From contig MU053810.1 in the NCBI GenBank assembly GCA_013239625.1, positions 1 through 64,000 of the forward strand: DNA of 64,000 nucleotides, given 5' to 3'. A program made the position numbers and the translations under genes. Positions 27,675 to 38,000 of this stretch are shown here, one piece after another (the first letter of the stretch is position 1; each line of letters starts with the position of its first letter). The notes beneath the pieces are model-generated. The model ran no database searches. It saw only the letters and a program-made list of their open reading frames with translations, and was not told the DNA's origin. This DNA comes from Lama guanicoe. Its lineage: Eukaryota.

Positions 27675-27735
27675 CTGCCGCTGCCGCTGCCGCTGCTGCT
27701 CCTGCCGCTGCCGCTGCTCCTGCCGCTGCCGCCGC
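27675..27735. repeat. Compound (CTGCCG)n / CTG-CCG repeat in the promoter
   Basis: ctgccgctgccgctgccgctgctgctcctgccgctgccgctgctcctgccgctgccgccgc read directly. Confidence 0.85.
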
Positions 27736-28058
27736 TCCCGCCGGCCCCCTCCGGCCGCCGCCGCCGCCCCTCCCGCCCACGCACCGCCACTCGCGGAAGG
27801 AGCAGCCGGCGGCACGCCCGCCCCGCGCTCCTTTTAAAGCGTCGCGGGCGCGGCCGGCGGGGTGAGCTTCGCGGTGGAGAGAGCGGCGCGCCGAGCTGTG
27901 GGAGCCGCACGAGGAGCCGAGCGCCCAGGGCTGCGCTACCCGGGCCGGCGGGGCGGCGCCGTGGGCCGGGCGCTCCGGGCTCGCCGCCGCCGCCGCTGCC
28001 GCCGGCCGCGCTCCGGGACTCCCCGCCATGCGCCCCGGCTAGTGCGCCCGCCGCCGGC

Positions 28059-28432
28059 ATGCTGCGCCCGCTGCTGCTCGCCGCCCTCTGCCTGGCCGGC
28101 CGGCCGGGGCCCGCGCGCGGCTGCCAGCTGCCCTCCGAGTGGAGACCGCTGAGCGAGGGCTGCCGCGCGGAGCTGGCCGAGACCATCGTGTACGCCAAGG
28201 TGCTGGCCCTGCACCAGGAGGTGCCCGGCCTCTACAACTACCTGCCCTGGCAGTACGAGGCCAGCGACGCGGGGCTCTTCTACTCGGCCGAGATCGAGAT
28301 GCTGTGCGACCAGGCGTGGGGCAGCATGCTCGAGGTGCCGGCGGGCTCCAGGCTCAACCTCACCGGCTTGGGCTACTTCTCCTGTCACTCCCACACCGTG
28401 GTCCAGGATTACTCCTATTTCTTCTTCCTCAG
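28059..28432 (+). CDS. CCDC3: CCDC3 (favine) coding exon 1 with signal peptide
   Basis: MLRPLLLAALCLAG...CQLPSEWRPLSEGCRAELAETIVYAKVLAL...HTVVQDYSYFFFLR; 374 coding bp; CAG|gtgagc donor. Confidence 0.96.
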
Positions 28433-28604
28433 GTGAGCCAGCCGCCTCGCGACCACACCACCCCCTTGCGTGTCCAGCCAAGGTCACCTTTATCCCGGGC
28501 CGGATCAGGGACTCGCAGGGAATCCTGCCCATGGGGCTGGGCCGCCTACTTTACTCTTTTCGTGTTTTTAACTTTAAAATGTGTTCGTTTCCTTTAAATT
28601 TTCC

Positions 28605-28733
28605 TTTCTTTTTTTTTAAATGAAGGGAAGTAATTTTGGGTTTCTTTGTTTATATTTTTAAACAGAGGTACTGGGAATTGAACCCAGGACCTTATGCATG
28701 CTAGCATGCGCTCTACCACTGAGCTATACCCTC
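28605..28733 (-). mobile_element. tRNA-derived SINE (camelid Vic-1-like)
   Basis: Reverse complement gagggtatagctcagtggtagagcgcatgctagcatgcataaggtcctgggttcaattcccagtacctc, with a T-rich tail on the left. Confidence 0.88.
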
Positions 28734-28899
28734 TCTTTCTCTCCTCTTACTCTTTATTCCTTCCTACTCCTCCAGACGTCTCTGCAAAGAGCCTAGGTAC
28801 CTGTGGCTAAACTTGGGGAAACAGGGATGATTCTTGTGTTTGGTGGACAGAAGAGGGTTTCAAGCAAAAGCTCAAGGTGGTTTCTAGCAACAAGTAGCC

Positions 28900-29730
28900 T
28901 GGCTATTCCAAACAGCAAAGGTTTAAGGGTGGGGGAAGGAGGGGAAGGCCCTGGTCATGGTGCTTTAAAGGTAAATTAGGCAGGAGGCCTTCTCTTTTTG
29001 GAGGCTCCTGGAATCTTGTGCAGTTCTGTGAAAGCTGGTCGAGATGAAATGCTTGTGGATAAGAATTCAGGGGTTGGGTTCGAATGAAGTTTGAACTAAA
29101 GAACAGCAGGTGGAACCCTGTATTGTAAGTTGGATTTCTCTGGGAGTGGTTTGGGTTGGGTGGTGGTCCAAACAAAACCAACACACTTTGAAATCAGGCT
29201 GCTCTTGGAATCCTGGCTCTGCTCTTCCCTGTGATTTCCCCCAAGTTACTGAGCTTTTTGGGAAGCTCAAATAGCCTCACCTTCATAATGTGAGAAACCA
29301 GGTTGGTTGTGATGAAAACCCAGTAACTCCTGCGATACACCTGGTGCAGGTCAGACGCAGACTGAATAGTCCTTCTCCTTTGCCCACCTGCTTAAAAGCC
29401 AAGATGCGAATGGTGTGGAATGCAGCCCAGCTGTCCTCTTGTTTCACTCACATTAGCTCGTATCAGCTGCCAGCGGACCTCAATGCCAGGCTGTTCCAAA
29501 TAGCAAAGGTTGATGGAGGAGGGGCCTGGGGTGGGGTGGTAAGACCCTGAGTCACAGCGCTGTGAAGAATGTAAGAGGTGAATTAGGGAGGAGGCCCGCT
29601 CTGATTAGAGACACCTGGGATCTCGTGCGGTTCCATGGAATTTGGTCTGTGGTCAAGATGAAATGCGTGTGGATAAGAATTTAGGCAATGGGTTCCACTG
29701 AAACTTAAAAAACAGCAGATGAAACCCTAA
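28900..29730 (+). repeat. Diverged direct duplication of about 230 bp (28900-29120 vs 29488-29730)
   Basis: Colinear blocks: ggctattccaaacagcaaagg/ggctgttccaaatagcaaagg, aattaggcaggaggcc/aattagggaggaggcc, gagatgaaatgcttgtggataagaatt/aagatgaaatgcgtgtggataagaatt, aacagcaggtggaaccct/aacagcagatgaaaccct. Confidence 0.85.
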
Positions 29731-31230
29731 ATGCGTTGGTTGTTTCCAGTTGAAGGAGACAGAGAACGACTGAGAGAAACCTTGACTTGGAATCTAGTGC
29801 GTCTATCAAGATAGTGAGTGAGTGGATCCAGAGTTGTAATGGGCAATAGCTCTGGTTTTCCGAGTCCACGGAGCAGCATTAAGGATATTTGGAATGACCA
29901 TGACCTTGGTCTGCAGACTCACTTTTAGCTCTTGAGATCATGTGACTGAGAAAGAAAACAGTAAGTTCCACAGAAGGGCGTTCGTAAGCTCACAGCAACA
30001 CATGTTTTCCATAGTGAAGCCAGACTAAGTTTAGAATACATGGCATGCTTTGTGTTGGCTTGGGTGGTTTGGCTAGATTAAGTTGATTTTTTTTTTTAAT
30101 TGCTGGAGAAGTGCAGTTTCTAAATAAAGTCGGCAAGGAGTGAGACAGTACCTTCTTGATACAGAGAAACTTAGATTTTTCATGTCTTTAGGGAAAACTT
30201 TGGGAACCCAGGTAAAACTATTAAACAAAAAGATCTGATTTTCCAAAGAAAAAGAAGAGCCGGAGTACTTAAGAAAACATTATTTTCTTTTCTGATTTTA
30301 TCATGAGCTACAGTTCTGTCCACTGGCTCTGGTGGTCAGCCAACTCTTTTCATCTTTTGCTCTGACATATTTACAAAATGTTAGGGCAGAAATGCAGAGT
30401 CAAATGGTAATCTGACAGGTTTGTTTCATGGGGCTGTGTTGCCCTGACATATATTGACAACTGCATACAAATCATTTCTCTTTTCTGACACCCACTGAGA
30501 AGAGAACAGATACCCGTCTGTGTCAACAGGAGAAGGGGGGCCATGGAGACTCACTGGTGAGCCCCACGTGCCCCTTTGGCCTTTGGGCTGGAGTGTAAAC
30601 TAACTCCTGTCTCTCGTTTTTCTTTTCTTTATCTTACCAACGGGCTCTCTATGCCAGGGCTCTGTAAAACTGTTAACTTTTACACTGCACTCACTCTGCC
30701 AGAACTTCACTTTTTTCTGTGTGATCCTTACCCACCTACAAAGTGAGGTGCTAGTGTCATCCTCTTTTGATAGACTGTAGTACTAAAACTTAGAGAATTG
30801 AAGAAATCCCTTTCGTTTCGGACAGAAGAGATGTAGCAATGGCAGGACTTGGACCCAGGTCATTAAAACTGGCCTGCCTTTCACCAAGGAACAGGGAGCA
30901 GTCCCTCTGTGAGAAGGAAGACCACTTGAGAAATTGGCAAATAGAGAAACACACATGCACACCCTCCCCCACCTCTCACCCCCAGCTCCCATTTTGAAAA
31001 CGTTTAAGGATGAACTCAAGCAGGATGAGGCAGAGAAACCATTAGAAATAGTAACTCCTCTGCTGAAAGCAGTGGGAGGGGGAAGCAGTGTTGTTTAAAA
31101 ATAGTAACTCCTCTGCAGAGGTAGTATTGTGTAATTGGCAACATTGTCACAGTCTTCTCTGACTTGACTCCAGATGGTCCAACCCTTCCCTGTCCAGTTT
31201 ACAGCTGTTTTTTTTTCTCTTTTCCATTAG

Positions 31231-31405
31231 GATGGATGAAAATTATAACCTCTTGCCTCATGGAGTCAATTTCCAAGATGCCATCTTTCCTGACACTCAA
31301 GAAAACAGAAGGATGTTTTCCAGCCTTTTCCAGTTTTCCAACTGTTCCCAAGGGCAGCAGCTGGTGACTTTCTCCAGTGACTGGGAGATCCAAGAAGACA
31401 ATAGG
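31231..31405 (+). CDS. CCDC3: CCDC3 coding exon 2
   Basis: 175 bp with tttccattag acceptor and AGG|gtaaga donor; MDENYNLLPHGVNFQDAIFPDTQENRRMFSSLFQFSNCSQGQQLVTFSSDWEIQEDNR, in frame with exon 1. The coiled-coil exon was not seen in the window. Confidence 0.96.
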
Positions 31406-31639
31406 GTAAGAGCTGGCTGTGCCCTGTGCCCCAGCAAAATAGTAGAATAACTATGTCTTGTATGAATTTTGTGACTTAGGAAGTCAAGCGTCGTCTTCCA
31501 AAAGCCCAGACCAAAGAGTCACATCCTCGCCTCACTGCTCCCTCCCAGCGGTGAACAAACACTGCTTGTAAACTTTGGGTTCCTGAGGCTTTACTGTTTG
31601 GCATGGGCCTCCTCACAAAGTGAGGGGACAAGATGAAGG

Positions 31640-31800
31640 CTGGCATATTGTGCCTCAGTTTCCTCTTCCGTAAAATGGAAATAATACTAGCACCTATGCT
31701 GCAGGGCTGATGCAGTGTGATTTAAAGATGTAGGAAATGTACATGTGTAAAGCCTTCAGCATAGTGCTGTGCAGAGTAAGCGCTCAATGCCCGTGAGCCA
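31640..31800 (+). mobile_element. MIR SINE fragment
   Basis: 'tgtgcctcagtttcctcttccgtaaaatggaaataatactagcacct...gtaagcgctcaat'. Confidence 0.75.
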
Positions 31801-34800
31801 CTGTGCCTCCTACCGTTATCATCACTGTTACTATCATTATTGCCGGTGTAGGGCTCTAAGGAATTTACTAAGAGGAAAGGAAGAGTCCTCCAGGAAATGA
31901 AATAATTGTTAAATCGAACACCTCTGTGGTTCTTATGTGTAATTGTTAAGACGCAGAGGTACAGGATGATTAAGGTAATTGTGGAACATAAGGGTAGGGA
32001 TAATTTGGGGCGTGAAAATTTAAAACGGGTCTTCCAGCCTGGGGAAGATGCCAGAGCTGCGGGAGCGTTTTGAGGACTGTCACTTTCCCAAAGCAGTGGC
32101 ATGGCCACAACTGAGCTGGGGTGATGATGGCACCAGGTCAGGGGAGGCGGTGGCCCAGTCTGCCCTGTAAGATGTCTTCAGGGCTGCACGACAGAGTGCT
32201 AGAGAGAGTCCTGTTGTAGGGGTGTGGCTGTCCCCTGGGACAGGGACTTCGTTTATGGGTTCATGAACCAACTTGCACGTTGCGTGGCTGCTGCCTTTCA
32301 TGGGAGGTGTCAGTCTCTTGCCCAGTGGGTTGGCATCGGGTAGCGGCCTCATGATTCCGAGCATCCTGATGTGCCCAGGGCTCCCTGGCACCTGGAGACC
32401 CTCTTCACGTTCTTTGCACAGAAGCCGTTCTCATTGTAGGCAGGTGCGTCCACCTGAGAACTGTTGAATCTTACTTCCTTGACATCACCAAGGGTTCCTT
32501 CCATAGGCCCACCCTACTGACAGAGATCTAGGCTCTTCTCACCCTCCTCCATGGTTTGCTAGAATTTTTTGAGCGCTTGTCCTGTAGTTTACTCCCAACA
32601 TGGTTCCAAGCACCTGTGGTTTTTTCCCACCCTTTTAGTCTGTACCAGTACCCACTCCACACTGAACTGGACCTACTGGGTGTGAGGCTGAACATCCCCA
32701 GCCTGAATCAGACCCCAGCAGATTCCAGAGGACATCTTTTTAGTCTCAGGTCCTTTGATTCTCCATTTGGTGAGAGTTTTAGTTACACTTGGTAACAATA
32801 GATTTATATCAGGGGATCAGATGTTGTTCCAAAAATACCTCATAGCTCAGCCCCCAAACTCTTTAGCTGCGTAACTGATTAGCGCTATGGTCACATAATG
32901 AAGCTATTAGCGTTTCCCTGGAATTAGATTTTCCATCATTAGAAGAAAATAGAACAATGGGGCTGTGGAGAATTGTTCCAATGCGAGCGCAGTCCTATTT
33001 CTGGTGATCAGATGTTGATCTTGGGGAGAATTCCTTTTCCCTTTCATCACCCTGGTCCCTTAGATAACAGGGGGTGAGCATGCTGCATTGCTCTTAGAGT
33101 CGGAAGCTTTGGGAGGAAGAAAATGAATTCTTCCAGATGGCTGAGCTGCCGCAGAGCTGAATTTAGGTGTTGGAGCTAATGGACCTCGCAGTTATCCATG
33201 CCTCAGCTCCTTGGGTCTCTATCTCCTGCCCACTCAGGTAGGTACCACACCAGAGCTCTGTGAAATTCGCTAGTCAGCTTGAGAATTTAGGATAAGACTA
33301 AAACTAAGTTGGCTTTCTGATGAATTTCAGCTTTTACATTTAATGATGCTTTTGAAGACATTTTTACAATCTCTAGAGTAATGGAAGTAGTTGTGAACTA
33401 AAGATCTCGGAGTTGGATGAAAATCTATTGACAATTACTTACTTCTTTCTTCAAGAAAACAAAAAAAAGCTAAATTCTCAGCTTTTTCTGTGTGAAGGTT
33501 GAGCACCCGATTTTCTCTCCTGCCTGGGGTAAATGCATCATGCTGCGTCGGAAGCAGTCTGTGTTCCTGGGTGGTGGGTCCTCAGTCAGGAGGGACCAGA
33601 GGAGCTGTCTGTGTCACCTTTTTATTCTGCTTGGAGTAGCGGTAAACTCCTGGTAGTTGGAACGCATGTTCAAGATCGTTAGGATGGCCTTGGATGTTGC
33701 ACGTTGCACGGCTTTCTTATCTTACCTACGTGTTTAGATGATGAGACGTCCTGGAGGAACATGTGATGAGTTGTCCTTCCCACTCTTGCTGCTCTTGTTC
33801 TTCTAAGCCACCAGTCAGCGTCCACCGTGGCTCTAGGCAATGGTTGTGAAGGGCGCATTTCATTCTTTTCACTGATAGCATTGCATGAGTCTGGGACTCT
33901 AGAGTTCATCCAGAGGCTAAGAAATGGACTCGAGGGAAAATCTTATGTAGGGAAACTTTTAGTGATGCACACCCAGGGCGACCTGCAACTCCGTCCTCAG
34001 CGGCCAGACCCTCCTGTCTTCCTTTGCCATCCTCAAACGTCCCACCCCCACCTCCATAAGTAGAAACAATCTTGCTTTCAAAAGTTGCCAGGAAGTCAAC
34101 AGCATTACAGAGCGTTGAGCATCTCTTGGGTTCTGCATCATGGTGTTAATGGGACCTCGGGGGATGTCTTTGGCAAGTTAGAGCATCCATCCCGTTTACT
34201 GGCAGGGATCTCTCCACACCAGCCAGGAACATTTCCCTTCTTTTCTTCCTTGCTGGGTGAGTGTAACAATCAAAACAGAAGTTGGCTGTTTTCTTCTCTC
34301 TGCAAGGACTGTCCTCCAGGACCGAGACCCAGGCTGACCCACGCTTACATCAGTCTGTGCTGGAATGTCAGGGGATTGAAATAAAATCTGTGAAAGGCCT
34401 GGTGCCATTGTTCTCTTTCCCCTTTTTGGAGTCGGGAAGGATGGTGGGGAAGCTGTCATCCTCTCAGCTGCATCAGAAGGGATGTAAACTTTTCTTCGGA
34501 AGATGGAGATTGGCCCTGTCACTTTCCAGAGGAGTGACCTTGGTTAAGGCCCTTAATTTCTTACAACTTCAGTATGAAATGGGGCTGAAAACATATAAAC
34601 TGTCACAGGTTGTTGTAAGGACCTAATTAGAGCATATATTTGAAAGCATTTTGCATTTACAAGGGTTTATGACTGTAAATTGATAATTAGAAAATTTGGC
34701 TTTAAAACATAACAAATATGTCACTTTTAAAAAGCATCCTCCTTCCCGGCGAAAAGGCGGAGTGGTGGTGATGGAATGTGTTGGAGGTGGGAACAGATGA

Positions 34801-34865
34801 TGGAAAAGCTATCTTGATGTTGTAATTCATTCAAAGGAATTGATTGGGTTCCGGCAAGGGAGCAC

Positions 34866-35007
34866 TTTTTTTTTTTTTAAGATTCATTTTACTTTTATTT
34901 TCTTAACACTTTTTTGAGTTAATAGTCGTTTTACAGTGTTGTGTCAAATTCCAGTGTAGAGAACAATTTTTCAGTTATACATGAACATACATATATTCCT
35001 TGTCACA
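34866..35007 (-). mobile_element. Short L1 3' end
   Basis: Poly(T) then 'gagttaatagtcgttttacagtgttgtgtcaaattccagtgtagag...catacatatattc', the same family as the element at 59580. Confidence 0.8.
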
Positions 35008-38000
35008 AGTAAGGCGAGGACTGTAAAAGTAACCACTGAACTTTGGTGGCAAAGAAGAGGACAGTTCCATCGAGTGAGAGAGTAGAATCTAGGCTGCAGG
35101 GGTGCGAGCAGAGGGTGGGACGAGAGGATATGGAGATGGCAGGGGGCTGGCAACCCTATCGGGGCGTTTGGTTGTGGAGGGTTGAATACAGATACGTCTG
35201 CAGGTCAAGGGGGCAGAACGGTTGAGGGAGGGGTTTTTCATTTTATTTAAAGATGGCAGCAGTCCTGTTCAAACCATCTTGGTCCCTGTTTTCCTACTTG
35301 TTAGACGCTGTCTTCCCAAGTAGACTGAACTGTTCAGGGGCAGGGCGATGTATTTTACTCACTGTTGTGTATTTGGTGCATTTTTATGGTGTCTTAACCC
35401 ATCTGTTGAATGAATTCTGTCTCATCCAGAGAGCTCTGAGGCCTTAGTAAGCAGAGGCCTCCTCTCAGAGAAGTCTGCGCGGTGACTTGGACACGATCAG
35501 TTAGTCATGGACTTGACTTTTGGCCTCGCTGGCCATTTGACCTTTGGGAAAATCCCTTCACTGTGGGGGGCCTTGGACACTTCATTCGTCATGGGACGTC
35601 CAGGATAGGCATTAACAGTGCCTTGATGAGGGTTTCAGGAGATGATGTGTATAAACAGCAGCTGCTGCAAGTCTCTGACGCACAGTAGGTATACAAAAAG
35701 TGATAACTGTCAACTGTTAAATGGGGGGAACACATTATTGGGGATCTCTGGAGGAGATCCAGGTCTGGTTGTCCCTGTCATCCCTGGATGGGACTCAAGG
35801 ATCTGGCTGTGCCATGTGTTAAAAAAGACCCGGAGAAGAATCCGAGATGCTGAAAGGGCAAAGCCGCACAGGATCCCCCACCCAGTTAGTTAGGCAGTGA
35901 TGCAGGTGGATGGAAACCCACCGTGGGCCCAGCTGCTCAGAAGAGGGGGGCACCTCTGCTGGTGGGTCAGTGCCAAGGGCACCCTGGGACCCGCAAGAGC
36001 TCGTGTATTTCTCGTCCCTGTGTTCTCACAGAGGCGCTGGACCACAGGATGCCGTGCTCCTGTTGTGCCACTTGGAATGCCATTTCCCGGACAGGCTGCA
36101 CTTTTCTACTTGGCTGCTTAACTCATGTCTTGGAGGCATTTTTCAAACACCTGGCATCGAAGTGAATGGCAGTGCCAGCTGTGGGATCAGTTTCCTCATC
36201 TAATAAAATAGGATAATAATAGACCCTACTTCCCAGGGCTGTTCGAAGTTAGTGTTCATGTACTTAATTCACTTATAGTAAAGGTCCAGTGAGTCCCGGC
36301 TCTGTTCTTACTGTGGTTATTCTTCCATCTTCTTCTCCCCTGCCTCTGTCGTCTCCTTCCATCCCCTGCCTTTGATCTGCGTTCCAAGAAGTGTCCGGGA
36401 AGAGCAGGGGATGGTCGGGATGGACTGTCCTGAGAAGCTGTTTTCATCCAGCCCCCTCCTCCCACCCGCTTCCATTCTGATGCCCTGAGTCAGCCCAGTT
36501 CTCTTCCCATGTCCCTGGCAGAAATCAGGTCTTGCTCTGCATAAAGCTGGTTCCTACCATTGTGGGAGCTGGCGAGAGTGTGTCCTCATCCGACCTTGAA
36601 GGACGGCCCTCCGGGCAAAGAGGAAGTGAGCAGGATGAGGGGCTTCTCTGGGCTGTGGGGAGAATGCTCCTAAAACCCCCTCCTGGGTCCTTTTCTGGGA
36701 TTCAGGATGGAGATCCTATCACTGGGAAAAACCAGGCCTCTTCTTGACACTCTCACCTCCCTTGCTTCCTTTCTCCTAGAAAAATGAGGGTGTCCTGCTG
36801 GCCTGGAAGTACAGCCCAGCTTGGGTCTTCCTGACTGTGAGCTCTGCTCTCGGCTCCACTGTGGCTCATAATCAGAGATCCCTCAGGCTTCAGCCCGGTG
36901 CCCTCTGCTTCCCAGTACCCCGTGTTCCCGCCAGACCGTCAGGCCCTTTCTGCCCCACCCCTCCCTTCCCTTCTGCTTCCAGCAGGATATTCTGAGGCCA
37001 CTTTTAGGTGCATAAAATGCCCACATGCATGATTTCCAAATTCTGCATAATGGAATGGCGGTTACTTAAATACGTCAAGCTATCAACCGGCAACTCCATC
37101 CCCTCTGCTGATAAAGATAACACCTCTAAAAACACACTTGGAGGGGAAACCGGGAGGAGAGGCATGTGGCCGGTCCTTGCCAGCGGGATGGTCATTTTGG
37201 GGGCAGCAGGGACCTCTGGTCTGCACGGAACCACCCTGTTCCTGTGCTCTGTTGGTGACGCCTCGCGAGGAACACTCTGGCCGGCTTGGCCAAGTGCCTC
37301 ATAAATGGAAACTCCAGACAGGAAGTTTGAAAACCTGGCCATGATTTTGGCCCGGGATGAGGTTTTTCTCAGCGTCCCTAGTAGGTCTTTCCTCTCTAAC
37401 CTGTTTCATTGCTTAGGTCATCTCCGGTTTGGGTTGCTCTGTCCGTTGTCCCTTTTTCCCTACGATTTAAAGAGGCGACTGATGGTGTCCTTAACCGTCT
37501 TAGAGCTTTCTGGAATGCTGCCTAGTTTGGGGGGTGCTTTCACTTCTTGTTTAATATTCACAGCCACAGATGTCATGATAGAGGAGAATGTGGAGGTAAG
37601 TGACCCACATTCAAGTCACAGAGGCTGTAGAGGTTGTCAGCACGTGAGAAAGTAATTCAGGTCCCCAAATGTCTGGTCTAGTGCCTTTTTTCTTTTTTTT
37701 GAAACTACATCATGCTCCTGGGGGGAAAGCTGGCGTTATATGCAAGAGGCCTTGGGGATGTGGGATGGGGGCCAGGTTTACCTGGAAGTGCTCAGCGCGG
37801 TGGGAATTGGGTACCGTGTGCAGTGAGCGAGAGGGAGCTTACCCTCTTCACTGACTCGGAGGCAGCAGCGGCCCCCTGGAGGTGCTGGGAACCCACCAGA
37901 TAATCCCGGCCTCTGACCTCCCGGAGGAGATTTCCTATTGGAGGAGCCTGGTTGCCTCCTCCGACCTTTCCCAGAGCAGACCAGTCTGGTCCAGGTGGGC

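Larger units (their letters stand above)
27510..28520. promoter_or_regulatory. CpG island / promoter of CCDC3
   Basis: Very GC- and CpG-rich stretch of about 1 kb over exon 1; GC boxes (cccgccc, ccgcccc) and a TATA-like TTTTAAA at 27832-27838. Confidence 0.9.

Noticed and set aside
27381..28058. 226-codon in-frame upstream extension of the CCDC3 ORF (351-aa ORF)
   Set aside because: Low-complexity Pro/Arg/Leu translation of a stop-poor CpG island; it starts upstream of the likely promoter and would bury the signal peptide.
27371..28532. Long antisense ORFs (275, 198, 173 and 140 aa) over the CpG island
   Set aside because: Expected in GC-rich DNA and as shadows of the CCDC3 exon; no recognisable protein.
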